DNA of 64,000 nt from Candidatus Lustribacter sp. (lineage in GTDB: Bacteria; Vulcanimicrobiota; Vulcanimicrobiia; Vulcanimicrobiales; Vulcanimicrobiaceae). The notes beneath the pieces were generated by a model. It was not told the DNA's origin, did not search any database, and saw nothing but the letters and a program-made list of their open reading frames with translations. The position numbers and the translations under genes were made by a program. Shown here piece after piece: positions 48,591 to 59,275 of the stretch (position 1 is its first letter; the number at the start of each line of letters is the position of its first letter). Location of the stretch: positions 4,640,001 to 4,704,000 of the forward strand of contig OZ255842.1 of NCBI GenBank assembly GCA_965277805.1. Reading direction: 5' to 3'.

Positions 48591-49613
48591 CTGACGCCGG
48601 CCGGGTTTGTCCGGGCTCTTCCGAAGGCGGAGCTGCACCTGCACCTCGAGGGGTCGGTTGCAGCTTCGACTCTGGTGGAACTCGCGCGTAAGCACCGCAT
48701 CGACTTGCCTTTCGCGTCGAGCGACGATATCTATCGATTCGACGATCTGGCAAGCTTCTTGCGCATGTACGGAATCGTGTGCGATGCGGTGCGCACGGGG
48801 AGCGACTTTGAACGCATGACGTATGAGGCGCTCGAACGCGTCGCCGGCGCCGGTGGACGTTATGCGGAAGTGTTTTTTAGCCCGCACGCTCACGCCCACG
48901 CCACGTATCCGATGATGCTCGACGGAATCATCAGCGGAATGCACGCGGCGGCCATCGACTTCGACCTCTTCTCGCAGCTCATCCCGGCGCACAATCGTGA
49001 GCTCGGGCCCGACGCGGGCCTCGAGTTCGTGGAGATGGTCGTTGCCGACCGCCGCGACGAGATCGCCGGCATCGGTCTCGACTACATGGAGAACGATCCG
49101 CGCCCGTTCGAGCGGATGTACGATTACGCGCGCGCGGCAGGCTTGCACGTGACCGCGCATGCCGGCGAGATCGGCCCGGCGGCCTTCGTGCGCGACTCGA
49201 TCGACGTGCTGGGCTGCGAGCGGATCGACCACGGTTACCACGTGGTCGACGATGCCGGGCTGGTCGCCGCCTGCCGCACCGCGGGGACGTTTTTCACCTG
49301 TTGCCCGACGACGACATTGTACACGACCCAATGGCGCGACGCCGCCGCACCGGATCATGCGATCCGGCAAATGCTCGAGGCCGGCTTGGCGATCACGATC
49401 AACACGGACGATCCCGGGCTGATGAAAACGACGCTGGTCGAAGAATATGCCATGGTCGTGGAACGCATGGGCGCGACACACGAACAACTGAAGGCGATCT
49501 GCCTCAACGGCGTACGGGCTTCGTGGCTCGATGACGTAACCAAACGCGAGATGCTCGCGGCGTGGAGCATCGAGATCGACGCCATTTATCAGGCACAAGG
49601 TGCGACGGTATGA
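48591..49613 (+). CDS. Adenosine/adenine deaminase-family protein
   Basis: LPKAELHLHLEG, HAGE, RIDHG and NTDDP; probable CTG start. Confidence 0.9.
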   Translation: MTPAGFVRALPKAELHLHLEGSVAASTLVELARKHRIDLPFASSDDIYRFDDLASFLRMYGIVCDAVRTGSDFERMTYEALERVAGAGGRYAEVFFSPHAHAHATYPMMLDGIISGMHAAAIDFDLFSQLIPAHNRELGPDAGLEFVEMVVADRRDEIAGIGLDYMENDPRPFERMYDYARAAGLHVTAHAGEIGPAAFVRDSIDVLGCERIDHGYHVVDDAGLVAACRTAGTFFTCCPTTTLYTTQWRDAAAPDHAIRQMLEAGLAITINTDDPGLMKTTLVEEYAMVVERMGATHEQLKAICLNGVRASWLDDVTKREMLAAWSIEIDAIYQAQGATV

Positions 49614-50569
49614 ACGACGACATTCCGGTCATCTCGCTCGCGGGACTGCGGTCCGGCCGGAGCGCCGACGTGGAACGCATCGGCCGCGAGATCGGCCGGG
49701 CCGCCCGGGGACTCGGGTTTTTCTCGGTCGCCGATCACGGTATCGCGCAGACGCTGGTCGACGCGGTGTTTGCCGAGTCGGCGGCGTTCTTTGCGCTGCC
49801 GGCGGCGGAGAAAGAACGGCTTTCGGTGACCAACTCGACGAGTTATCGCGGTTACGTGCGGCTCGGCGAGGAGAAGCTCGATCCCGCCCTCGCCGGCGAC
49901 ATCAAAGAATGCTTCAACGCCGGCCCCGACCTCGCGCCCGACGATCCCGACGTTCTGGCCGGCAAACCGTATCATGCGGTCAACCAGTGGCCGGATCTGC
50001 CCGCGTTCCGCGCGACGATGCTGGAGTTTCACCGGGCCGCGCTCGAACTCGTCGTGCTGCTGCATCGCGCGATCGCGACCGATCTCGGCATCGACGAGCA
50101 CTTCTTCGAGCAATACTTCACGCGTGCCGTCGGCGTGATGCGGCTCTTGCACTACCCGCCGCATCCGGGACGGTTCGACGGCAGCGCGTACGGGGCCGGC
50201 GCACACACCGACTACGGCAACCTCACGCTGCTCGCGCAAGATACCGTGGGCGGACTTGAAGTGCGCAAGCGCGACGGCAGCTGGACGGTCGTGCCGCCGG
50301 CGGCGGGAACGTTCGTGTGCAATATCGGCGACTGCTTGATGCGCTGGACGAACGACGTCTATGTCTCCAACGCGCACCGCGTCGTGAATCAGTCTGGACG
50401 CGAACGGTATTCGGTCGCGTACTTCGGCGATCCGAACTCCGACGCGCTGGTCACCTGTCTGCCGTCCGTGCTCGGTCCGGGTGACGTGCCGAAGTATCCG
50501 CCGATCACCTACGGCGAGTATTTGCGGTCGCGCTACGACGCGACGTACACGGTGGCACCTGCGCCGTGA
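49610..50569 (+). CDS. IPNS-family 2OG-Fe(II) oxygenase
   Basis: GFF..DHGI, HTDYG.LTLL.QD, NIGD, HRV and RYS. Confidence 0.92.
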   Translation: MNDDIPVISLAGLRSGRSADVERIGREIGRAARGLGFFSVADHGIAQTLVDAVFAESAAFFALPAAEKERLSVTNSTSYRGYVRLGEEKLDPALAGDIKECFNAGPDLAPDDPDVLAGKPYHAVNQWPDLPAFRATMLEFHRAALELVVLLHRAIATDLGIDEHFFEQYFTRAVGVMRLLHYPPHPGRFDGSAYGAGAHTDYGNLTLLAQDTVGGLEVRKRDGSWTVVPPAAGTFVCNIGDCLMRWTNDVYVSNAHRVVNQSGRERYSVAYFGDPNSDALVTCLPSVLGPGDVPKYPPITYGEYLRSRYDATYTVAPAP

Positions 50570-51918
50570 GCGGTTTCGTCGAAGACGTCCACGCGAGCCT
50601 GGTCGAGAACGGGGTTGCGCCCGAGCAGCAAACGATGGCGCTCGACAAGGTGTTTTGGAGCCACTTCTGCACGAATCTAGCGCCGGCGACGTGGGTGCTC
50701 GGCGCGCTGCTGGTCGGCATCGGACTCGATTTCCGCACCGGATTGCTGGCGATTCTGATCGGCAACGTGCTCGGCTGTTTGCCGGTGGGGCTGAACTCGA
50801 CGATCGGCCCGCGCACCGGGCTCACGCAAATCGAGATCTCGCGTTTCGCGTTCGGCCGGCTCGGCACGCGCGTGCCGTCGTGGTTCAACTGGTTTTGCGC
50901 CGTCGGCTGGGATGCGGTCAACAACGTGCCGTCGGTGCTGGCGCTGCTCGCGTTGGCAGCGCTCTTCGGCCTCTCGGTCCCGTTTTGGCTCGGCTTGTCG
51001 CTGCTGGTTGCCGTCCAGCTCGCCGCTAGCATGTACGGCCACCACGCGGTGCAGTTACTGGCGAAGTACCTGTGCTACGTTCTGATCGTCGTCTTCTCGA
51101 TCACCGGTGTCGTGGCGATTCTCAAAGGCGGGTCGCTCGCAACCGTGCACGCGGCGATCAAGCCCGCAACGTTCATGCTCGGCGTCTCGATGATCGCGGG
51201 GTTCACGATCGGCTTTGCGCCGTACTCTGCCGACTACACGCGCTATCTGCCGCGCACGACCAAGCCCGGAACGATCTTTCTCCTCAGCTTCGGCGGACTC
51301 GCCCTCTCGAGCACGCTGATCGAATTCGTCGGGCTGCTGACCGCGAGCCGGTTGACCGATCTGTCGGCCGCCGGCGTGATCGCCGGCATCGGTGCGATGA
51401 CCGGTCCGTTCGCGCCGGTAGCGCTGATTGCGATCGCCGCGTCCGCGATCTCGATCAATTCGATCAACGACAACACCGCCGCGTACAGCCTGATCTCCAC
51501 CGGTATCCGGATCCGGCGCGATGTTGCGGCCGTCATCACGACCGCGTGCGGCTTCGCGCTGGCCGTTGCCGGCGCGGGAAAATTCGCCGAGCTGTTCTCG
51601 AACTATCTGCTCTTGCTGCTGTATTGGATCGCACCGTGGGCCGGCATCGTGCTGACCGACTGGTGGATGTTCGGCGGTACCGAGCGTGCCCCGCGCCGCT
51701 GGGGTTCCGGTGCCACGATCTTCCTCATCGTTACGCCGCTCACGATCGCGCTCTTCTCGGCGACGCCGATCTACACGGGGCCGGTAGCGAAACTGCTCGG
51801 CGGGACCGACATCGGGTTCTTCGTCGGATTTTTTGCGGCGTCGTTATCCTATGCGCTCGTCGAACGCGGGCGGCGTTCCGCGCGGGCGACGTATACCGTG
51901 GCGGATCCCGCAGCGTGA
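50566..51918 (+). CDS. NCS1 purine-cytosine permease
   Basis: GPRTGL.Q...SR.AFG and DY.RY.P; about 12 TM segments. Confidence 0.88.
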   Translation: MSGFVEDVHASLVENGVAPEQQTMALDKVFWSHFCTNLAPATWVLGALLVGIGLDFRTGLLAILIGNVLGCLPVGLNSTIGPRTGLTQIEISRFAFGRLGTRVPSWFNWFCAVGWDAVNNVPSVLALLALAALFGLSVPFWLGLSLLVAVQLAASMYGHHAVQLLAKYLCYVLIVVFSITGVVAILKGGSLATVHAAIKPATFMLGVSMIAGFTIGFAPYSADYTRYLPRTTKPGTIFLLSFGGLALSSTLIEFVGLLTASRLTDLSAAGVIAGIGAMTGPFAPVALIAIAASAISINSINDNTAAYSLISTGIRIRRDVAAVITTACGFALAVAGAGKFAELFSNYLLLLLYWIAPWAGIVLTDWWMFGGTERAPRRWGSGATIFLIVTPLTIALFSATPIYTGPVAKLLGGTDIGFFVGFFAASLSYALVERGRRSARATYTVADPAA

Positions 51919-52832
51919 GCGCGCAGGTTCCGGTCATCGACATCGGGGCGCTGCGCGCGAGCGATCCGGCCGCGCTGCGAACGCTCGCAGGGCAGATCGG
52001 CGTCGCCGCGCGCGAAACGGGCTTCTTCTCGGTCGTCAATCACTGCGTTCCGGCCGATCTCATCGAAGCCGTTTTCGCGCAGTCGGCCGCGTTCTTCGCG
52101 CAGCCGCTCGAACGGAAGGCGGAAGTCGGGATCGAATCGTCGCCGGAGTTTCGCGGCTACGCGCGCATCGGCTACGAGCAATTTGATGAAGCCCATCCGC
52201 CCGATGCCAAGGAATCGTTCGACGTCGGGCCCGACCGGAATCTCTGGCCCGCCGGACTCCCCGGCTTTCAAGCAACGCTCGAACGCTACTACGCAGCGCT
52301 GCTCGCGCTGACGGTCGCCATCCATCGCCCGATCGCGCTCGATCTGGGCGTCGGCGAAGACTTCTTTGCGTCCGCGTTCGACGGCGCGATCGCGATCGCG
52401 CGACTGCTCTACTATCCGCCGCATCCCGGAACGTTCGACGGAACGCTGCACGGGTCGGCGCCGCACACCGACTACGGTAACGTCACGTTTCTCGCGCAGG
52501 ACGACGCCGGCGGTCTCGAACTGCGCGCGCGCGACGGTACGTGGATCGGCATCGATCCGACACCCGGCGCGTTCGTGTGTAACATCGGCGACTGCTTGAT
52601 GCGCTGGAGCAACGACGTCTACGTGTCGAACCTGCACCGGGTCGTCAACCGTTCCGGACGCGCGCGGTACTCGGTCGCGTTTTTCGGCGACCCGGCAGCG
52701 GATGCGATGGTGGCGTGTCTGCCGTCGTGCGCCACGGCCGAGCGACCGGCGAAGTACCCGCCCGTGACCTACGGTGATTATCTGCGGAAGCGACTCACGG
52801 CGGCATACCCGCTGAAAGCAGGATTGGGCTAG
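51915..52832 (+). CDS. IPNS-family 2OG-Fe(II) oxygenase (paralog)
   Basis: HTDYG, NIGD, HRVVN and RYS; GTGA overlap. Confidence 0.92.
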   Translation: MSAQVPVIDIGALRASDPAALRTLAGQIGVAARETGFFSVVNHCVPADLIEAVFAQSAAFFAQPLERKAEVGIESSPEFRGYARIGYEQFDEAHPPDAKESFDVGPDRNLWPAGLPGFQATLERYYAALLALTVAIHRPIALDLGVGEDFFASAFDGAIAIARLLYYPPHPGTFDGTLHGSAPHTDYGNVTFLAQDDAGGLELRARDGTWIGIDPTPGAFVCNIGDCLMRWSNDVYVSNLHRVVNRSGRARYSVAFFGDPAADAMVACLPSCATAERPAKYPPVTYGDYLRKRLTAAYPLKAGLG

Positions 52833-52872
52833 ACCGCGGAGGGACGCTAGCACAGCCGAAGAGGAGCACCCA

Positions 52873-53772
52873 ATGCAGGACAAAATCGCCCGATTGCTCG
52901 CCGAGATGAAGATGAGCATGCCGCTCACGCCGGAGGACATCAAGGCCATCCGCGAGCTGTACACGCCGTTTCAAGAAGTCGAGCCGTACGAGAACGTGGG
53001 CGTCTACCGCAACCAAGCGTACGGGTCGCATCCGCGGCAGCAGCTCGATGTGTTCGCACCCGACGGCATCGCCGAACCGCGGCCGGTGTTGATCTTCGTC
53101 CACGGCGGCGGGTTCGTCGGCGGCGAGCGCCGCACGCCCGGCACCCCGTTCTACGACAACGTCGGCGTCTGGGCTGCGCGCAACGGCTTCGTCGGCGTGA
53201 CGATGTCCTACCGGCTGGCGCCCGAGTTCAAGTTTCCGGCCGGCCCCGACGACATCGGCGGCGCGGTCGCGTGGGTGCGGCAGAACATCGCGGCGCACGG
53301 CGGCGACCCCGACGCGATCGTGCTGCTCGGTCAGTCGGCCGGTGCCTCACACGTTGCCGCTTACGGCGCGAGCCCGAAGCGAGATGAAAACGTGCGCGCG
53401 ATCGCGCTGATGTCGGGCGTGTACGACTACGAAGCGTTCGATCCGGCACCGAACGTCATTGCCTACACCGGCGAAGGCACGGCCGCGCTGAAGGCGGCGT
53501 CGGCGATCGAAGGCCTCGTTGCCTCGCGGCTGCCGGTGCTGGTGTGCGTTTCGGAATTCGACACGCCCCATTTCCACGAGCAAGCACATCTGCTCACCCA
53601 GGCGATCTATCATCGCGACGGGCGCGTTGCGAACTTCCAATACTTGCCGCGGCACAACCATCTTTCGCAGATCTCGCACCTCAACGCCAAGGGCATCGAG
53701 GACCAAGTCCTGAGCGACCGGCTCGCCGAGTTCGTGCGCGCCTACACCACGCCCGCTGTTCCAGCGTTTTAA
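52873..53772 (+). CDS. Alpha/beta hydrolase (HSL/carboxylesterase-like)
   Basis: HGGGF and GQSAG. Confidence 0.9.
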   Translation: MQDKIARLLAEMKMSMPLTPEDIKAIRELYTPFQEVEPYENVGVYRNQAYGSHPRQQLDVFAPDGIAEPRPVLIFVHGGGFVGGERRTPGTPFYDNVGVWAARNGFVGVTMSYRLAPEFKFPAGPDDIGGAVAWVRQNIAAHGGDPDAIVLLGQSAGASHVAAYGASPKRDENVRAIALMSGVYDYEAFDPAPNVIAYTGEGTAALKAASAIEGLVASRLPVLVCVSEFDTPHFHEQAHLLTQAIYHRDGRVANFQYLPRHNHLSQISHLNAKGIEDQVLSDRLAEFVRAYTTPAVPAF

Positions 53773-53773
53773 C

Positions 53774-54820
53774 GTGCGCGGGCCGGCGGTGTCGCGGGCC
53801 GCGGCGCTGGCCGTGCTCGTCGCATTGTGCGCGCAGCCGGCGCCGGCGGTTCGCGCTGCGGATCAACCGGCGACCGATACGGTTCGCTTGGCCATCAACA
53901 CCGAGGCCTATAATAATCTGCCGCTGTTCGTGGCGATGGACAACGGCTATTTCCAGCAGCAGCACCTCAACATCGTCGTCGTTCCGTACACCGGTTCGTC
54001 GCTGACGCAACTGCCGTTCCTCGCGCGCGGCGAAATCGACCTGACCGGGATCGCACCGGCGCCCGGTCTGTTCAACCTCGGCACGCAGGGCTTCAACGTC
54101 AAGATCGTGGCGTCGCTCGGTGGTGCGCGGAAGGGCTGGAACGGCACGTCGTGGATGATGGTGCGCCAAGACCTGTGGGATGCGAAGAAGATCGCTAAAC
54201 CCTCCGACCTGCGCGGGATGCACGTCGACGTTGCGGTCGCCGGATCGCCGAACGACATCCTGGCCCGCGAAACGATTCGCCTAGCGGGGTTGACGCCGTC
54301 CGACCTCACGCTCACGGACGCCGTGCGCACGCCACCCAGCTGGTTTTCGGCGCTGCGCAATCACGCGATCGACGTGCAGTGCGCCACCGAACCATACGCG
54401 ACGCAGCTCGAGCGCGAAGGCCTCGCGCACAAATGGATCTCGTATCCCGACAGCGCTCCCTGGTTTCAGGATTTTTACCTTGCCGCCTCGCCGGCATTCG
54501 CGCGCGATCACCACGATGTGGTGCGGCGTTTTCTCATCGCCTATCTGCAAGGCGCGCGCGACATCACCAGTGCTGGTCCGGTCTGGCAGACGAAAATGGC
54601 CGCCGAGGTCTCGAAGTGGTCGCAGGTGCCGGTCGCGACCATCATGCAGATTCCGGGCCCGGCTTACCCCGGACCACAGGGCGCGGTGAACCTCGCCTCA
54701 CTCGAGCGCGTGCAAAACTACTGGGTCGCGCAGGGGCTCGTGAAAACACCCGAGCCCTTAACCGACATTCTCGATCTCACGGCGCTCGGCGAAGCGCGAA
54801 AGGCACTCCGCATCCGATGA
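53774..54820 (+). CDS. SsuA/NMT1-like substrate-binding protein
   Basis: Signal peptide, P.FVA...GYF, L.RGEID and DLRG. Confidence 0.82.
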   Translation: MRGPAVSRAAALAVLVALCAQPAPAVRAADQPATDTVRLAINTEAYNNLPLFVAMDNGYFQQQHLNIVVVPYTGSSLTQLPFLARGEIDLTGIAPAPGLFNLGTQGFNVKIVASLGGARKGWNGTSWMMVRQDLWDAKKIAKPSDLRGMHVDVAVAGSPNDILARETIRLAGLTPSDLTLTDAVRTPPSWFSALRNHAIDVQCATEPYATQLEREGLAHKWISYPDSAPWFQDFYLAASPAFARDHHDVVRRFLIAYLQGARDITSAGPVWQTKMAAEVSKWSQVPVATIMQIPGPAYPGPQGAVNLASLERVQNYWVAQGLVKTPEPLTDILDLTALGEARKALRIR

Positions 54821-55848
54821 AATTCGGTGCTTTCGACCATCTCGACCGCGGCATCGTCAATACCAGCCAACAATACGAAGAGCGCCTGCAGCTGGTCGAG
54901 GCGTACGAGCAAAGCGGCTGGTTCCACGCGTTTCAGATGACCGAACATCACGGCACGCCGCTGGGAATGGCGCCGTGTCCGAGCATCTTCCTCGCCGCCG
55001 CCGCGCAGCGCACGACGACGCTGCGGCTGGGCACGCTCGTCTACACGCTGGCGGCCTATCATCCGTACCGCTTCTTCGAAGAGATCTGCATGATCGACCA
55101 GATGAGTTGCGGCCGCCTCGATTTGGGTGTGGGCCGCGGCGTCTCACCGATCGAGCTGAGCTTCCTCAACGTCGACATCAAAGACGCCGACGAAATGTAC
55201 GCCGAGTCGCTCGAAGTGCTGCTGCGCATGTTCGCGGACGGCGCGGGCGGTACGCTGAACTTTCAGGGCAAGCACTATCAGTTCGACGACGCGCCGATCG
55301 TGATGGAGACCTTCCAGAAGCCGCATCCGCCGCTGTGGTACGGCATCGGCACCCCCGACCGCACGATCTGGGCGGCGAAGCATCGCGTGAATCTGATGAC
55401 GAACCACAAGGCGGCGGACGCGCGCCTCATTCACGACCGCTACCAGCTCGAATGGGCCAACGCCGGGCACGATCCGCACGATTTCCCGTTCTTCGGCACG
55501 GTCAAGCACATGGTCATCGCCGACACCGACGAAGAAGCGCTGGCGTTAGCGCGGCCGGCCTACGCGATGTACACGAACCACACGACCCTGTTGTGGAAGC
55601 AGCGCAACATCCCACGGCTGCGCGCCTGGGTCGATGACTTCGACGAAGCGCGCGCCGGCGGTCTGGTCTTCGCGGGCAGCCCGAAGACCGTGCGCGACGC
55701 GCTCGCGAAGTTCATCGAGGAGTCCGGCATCAACTACCTCGCCTGCCGCGTCGCCTTCGGCGATCTCACCTTCGAGCAGTCACTGCACTCATTGGATCTG
55801 CTCACCAAACACGTTCTGCCCGATCTCGCCGATTTGGTGCCGGCCTGA
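54817..55848 (+). CDS. Luciferase-like flavin monooxygenase
   Basis: TEHH, AQRT..LRLG, GRLDLGVGRG and QKPHPPLW. Confidence 0.9.
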   Translation: MKFGAFDHLDRGIVNTSQQYEERLQLVEAYEQSGWFHAFQMTEHHGTPLGMAPCPSIFLAAAAQRTTTLRLGTLVYTLAAYHPYRFFEEICMIDQMSCGRLDLGVGRGVSPIELSFLNVDIKDADEMYAESLEVLLRMFADGAGGTLNFQGKHYQFDDAPIVMETFQKPHPPLWYGIGTPDRTIWAAKHRVNLMTNHKAADARLIHDRYQLEWANAGHDPHDFPFFGTVKHMVIADTDEEALALARPAYAMYTNHTTLLWKQRNIPRLRAWVDDFDEARAGGLVFAGSPKTVRDALAKFIEESGINYLACRVAFGDLTFEQSLHSLDLLTKHVLPDLADLVPA

Positions 55849-55852
55849 CCGG

Positions 55853-57199
55853 TTAGCCGCTCAGCCAGATGTAACGCGCGATGAGCAGAACGGCGACGAG
55901 GTAGAGAAGCGGGTCGACGGATTTGCCGCGGCCGCTCAGCAGCATGATCAGTGAGTAGCTGATCACGCCGAAGCTTACGCCGTTGGCGATCGAGAACGTC
56001 AGCGGCATCGTGACGACGGTGAGAAAAGCGGAGATGAGGACGGCGTAGTCGCCCCAGTCGATCGTCTTCAAACCGTCGAGCATCAGTGCGCCGACGACGA
56101 TTAGTGCCGGTGCCGTAGCGGCGGCCGGAATCGCCGCCGCCAGCGGCCACAACACCATCGAGAGAAGGAACAGCACCGCGACCGTCGTCGAGACGAGGCC
56201 GGTGCGCCCGCCTTCTTCGATGCCGCTGGCGCTCTCGATGTACGCGGTCGTCGTGCTGGTGCCGAGGAACGCGCCGCAGATCGCCGCCAAACCATCGCAC
56301 GCAAACGTGCGGCGCGCGCGCGGCAAGTTGCCGTCGGCATCGAGTACGCCGGCTTTATTGGCCAGCGCCACGAGCGTTCCGGTGGCGTCGAAAAAGTCGA
56401 CGAAGAAGAACGTGAACACGACCGCGAGGATGCCGAGACCGGCCGCTGCGTGCAGATCGAGCGCGCCGATCAAGCCGGTTGGAACGATCGGCAATTGAAC
56501 GATGCCGTTGGTGAAACCGGCGAACGGCACCATCGCGCCTTTGGGCCCGAAGTAGACCGGTGCGCGGGTGACGATCGCAAGGACGGTCGAGACGAGGATG
56601 CCGATCAGGATCGCCCCGGGAATCTTCCGCACCAGCAGCACCGACGTGAGGATCAAGCCGACCACCGCGATCAGCACGCCCGGCGACGTCATCGAGCCGA
56701 GCGTGACGAACGTGTCGGGGTTGGCCAGTACCGCCCCGCAGTTCTTGAGCCCGAGGAACGCGAGGAACATGCCGATGCCGGCGGTGACCGAGTACTTCAG
56801 GTGGTTGGGGATCGCGCGCACGACGGCTTGCCGCGCGCCGATGATCGCCAGGATCACGAAGATTGCGCCCGAGATCGCGACCGCGCCGAGCGCCGTCTGC
56901 CACGGGATCTTCTGGCCGAGCACGACCGTGAAGGCGAAGTAGGCGTTGAGGCCCATACCCGGCGCCTGCGCGAACGGGTAGCGCGCGACCAGCCCCATCA
57001 GGAGGCTGCCGATCGCGGCTGCCAGGGCCGTCACGACCAGCAGCTTGGCGAAGCCGTCTGGGATCTGAATGGCGTTGCCGAGGACCTGCGGGTTGACCAG
57101 CAGGACGTACGACATCGTGAGGAACGTGGTGAGCCCGGCGCGCAGTTCGCGCGGAATTGTCGACCCCGCCGCTGCGATACCGAAGTAGCGATCGATCAT
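55853..57199 (-). CDS. NCS2/AzgA-type purine permease
   Basis: AGLTTFLTMSY, APGMGLNAYF and YIESASGI..GGRTG. Confidence 0.92.
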   Translation of the reverse strand: MIDRYFGIAAAGSTIPRELRAGLTTFLTMSYVLLVNPQVLGNAIQIPDGFAKLLVVTALAAAIGSLLMGLVARYPFAQAPGMGLNAYFAFTVVLGQKIPWQTALGAVAISGAIFVILAIIGARQAVVRAIPNHLKYSVTAGIGMFLAFLGLKNCGAVLANPDTFVTLGSMTSPGVLIAVVGLILTSVLLVRKIPGAILIGILVSTVLAIVTRAPVYFGPKGAMVPFAGFTNGIVQLPIVPTGLIGALDLHAAAGLGILAVVFTFFFVDFFDATGTLVALANKAGVLDADGNLPRARRTFACDGLAAICGAFLGTSTTTAYIESASGIEEGGRTGLVSTTVAVLFLLSMVLWPLAAAIPAAATAPALIVVGALMLDGLKTIDWGDYAVLISAFLTVVTMPLTFSIANGVSFGVISYSLIMLLSGRGKSVDPLLYLVAVLLIARYIWLSG

Positions 57200-57297
57200 G
57201 AAGAAGGCTCCGCCGTGCAGCTTTTCTTCTCCCCCTGCCATTTGACAGACGTCGCCCGACCTGAGATGATACCGCGAACATTTTGAGGACGGAGCCG

Positions 57298-58347
57298 ATG
57301 ATGATCGAGCAGAGCGAAGAACGGACTGCGGAGCAAACTGAACTGGATCGGCGCTTTACGGCGATGCCGAAGGCCGAGATCCACGTGCATCTCGAGGGTG
57401 CCACGGCCCCCGATGCGTCGTACGCGATCGCGCGGCGGAATAAGGTCGACCTGCCCGTCGGCTCCCTCGACGAATGGCGCCGGTACTTCGATTTCCGCGA
57501 CTTTCCGCACTTCATCGACGTCTACCGCAGCACGACCGACACGATCCGCACGACCGACGACCTCGCGTTGATGGTGGCCCAGTTCTACGTCGACCAGGCG
57601 CGGCAGAACGTGCGCTACTCGGAGTGCTTCATCAGCATGTCGCTGCATCTGCGGCGCCTGAGCGCGGCCGAGATCCTCGACGCGATCGCTCAGGGGAGCG
57701 AGCGCGGACAAACGGTGTCGAGCGCGCGCGTCGCATTCATCGCCGACATCTCGCGCGAGGATCCGCATACGCAAGGCGCCGTGCTCGACCTCGCGCTGTG
57801 GGGCCAGCGGCGCGGCTTGATCATCGGCATCGGCCTGGGCGGTCTCGAGAAAGAGTTTCCGCCGCACCTCTTCCGCGAGACCTACGCTCGCGCACGCGAT
57901 GCCGGCTTGCACGTCGTCGCACACGCCGGCGAAGCCGCCGGCTGGGAGAGCATTCGCGGTGCGATCGACGATCTGCACTCGGAACGCATCGGCCACGGCA
58001 TCCGCATCGTCGATTCGCCCGAGTACGCGGCGGTGATGGCCGAGCGTCAGATCCCGTTCGAAGTGTGTCCGGTGAGCAACTACGCGATCGGCTCGACGCC
58101 GATCGACAAGCCGCATCCGATCCGGCAAATGGTCGATCTGGGCATTCGCTGCACCGTCAACTCCGACGATCCGGCAATGTTCAGCACGAACCTGGCCGCG
58201 CAGTACGCCCTGCTGGCGGAACAGGGCTTCAGTTGGGATGAACTCTGGAAGCTCAACACGCAAACGCTCGATTCGACGTTCCTGAGCGCTGCGGAAAAGG
58301 CCGCGTACCGTCGCGAATGGGAAGATTTCGCCGCGTCGCTCGGCTAA
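57298..58347 (+). CDS. add: Adenosine/adenine deaminase
   Basis: PKAEIHVHLEG, HAGE, RIGHG, VCPVSN and NSDDP. Confidence 0.9.
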   Translation: MMIEQSEERTAEQTELDRRFTAMPKAEIHVHLEGATAPDASYAIARRNKVDLPVGSLDEWRRYFDFRDFPHFIDVYRSTTDTIRTTDDLALMVAQFYVDQARQNVRYSECFISMSLHLRRLSAAEILDAIAQGSERGQTVSSARVAFIADISREDPHTQGAVLDLALWGQRRGLIIGIGLGGLEKEFPPHLFRETYARARDAGLHVVAHAGEAAGWESIRGAIDDLHSERIGHGIRIVDSPEYAAVMAERQIPFEVCPVSNYAIGSTPIDKPHPIRQMVDLGIRCTVNSDDPAMFSTNLAAQYALLAEQGFSWDELWKLNTQTLDSTFLSAAEKAAYRREWEDFAASLG

Positions 58348-58357
58348 CTCAACCGGC

Positions 58358-59275
58358 GTGAATCAATACCCGCGTGACATGGTCGGCTACGGCGCGCATC
58401 CGCCGCATGCCGCCTGGCCGAACGGCGCGCGCCTCGCGCTGCAGATCGTGATGAACTACGAAGAGGGATCGGAGTACTCGATCCCCGACGGCGACGGCAC
58501 CTCGGAGATGTACCTCACCGAAGTTCCGGGCGCCACCGTAGGGCCCGGCAAGCGCGACCTGATCGTCGAGTCGGTGTACGAATACGGCAGCCGGGCCGGG
58601 TTCTGGCGGCTGATGCGCATGTTCGCCGAGCGCAAGATCGACGTTACGGTATTCGGCGCGGCGCTCGCGCTCGAGCGCAATCCCGAAGCGGCGCGCGCGA
58701 TCGCCGATGCCGGACACGAAGTGTGTTCGCACGGCTGGCGCTGGGTCGGCTTCCAAGATATGGATATCGATGAAGAGCGGGCGCAGATGAGGCGCGCGGT
58801 CGCATCGATCGAGCAGACGATCGGTCAACGTCCGCTGGGCTGGTACTGCCGGTATGCGCCGAGCATCAACACGCGCAAGCTGGTCGTCGAAGAGGGCGGC
58901 TTTCTCTACGATTCAGACGACTACAACGACGATCTGCCCTATTGGGTGCGCGTCGGTGAGAAACCGCATCTCGTCATTCCGTATACGCTCGATGCCAACG
59001 ACATGAAGTTTTCGGTAGCGCCGGGATTCACGTCGGGCGACGGTTTCTTCAACTACCTCAAAGACGCGTTCGACGTGCTCTATGCGGAAGGCAAGACGAC
59101 GCCGAAGATGATGTCGGTGGGCTTGCACACGCGCCTCGCCGGCCGGCCCGGCCGCGCCGCGTCGCTCGCGCGCTTTCTCGATTACGTGCTCGAGCATAAG
59201 GACGTGTGGGTCGCGCGGCGCATCGACATCGCGCGGCACTGGATCGCGCAGCATCCGGCGGAGAAGTACCTCTGA
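58358..59275 (+). CDS. puuE: Allantoinase, polysaccharide-deacetylase type
   Basis: YPRDMVGYG, NYEEG, ES.YEYGSRAGFWR and HG.RW. Confidence 0.93.
   Translation: MNQYPRDMVGYGAHPPHAAWPNGARLALQIVMNYEEGSEYSIPDGDGTSEMYLTEVPGATVGPGKRDLIVESVYEYGSRAGFWRLMRMFAERKIDVTVFGAALALERNPEAARAIADAGHEVCSHGWRWVGFQDMDIDEERAQMRRAVASIEQTIGQRPLGWYCRYAPSINTRKLVVEEGGFLYDSDDYNDDLPYWVRVGEKPHLVIPYTLDANDMKFSVAPGFTSGDGFFNYLKDAFDVLYAEGKTTPKMMSVGLHTRLAGRPGRAASLARFLDYVLEHKDVWVARRIDIARHWIAQHPAEKYL

Noticed and set aside
51072-51914. Long N-terminal extensions on the second 2OG oxygenase (and likewise on the LLM, hemF and GMC ORFs)
   Set aside because: They overlap the upstream genes out of frame; coupled (A/G)TGA or nearby starts explain the real genes.
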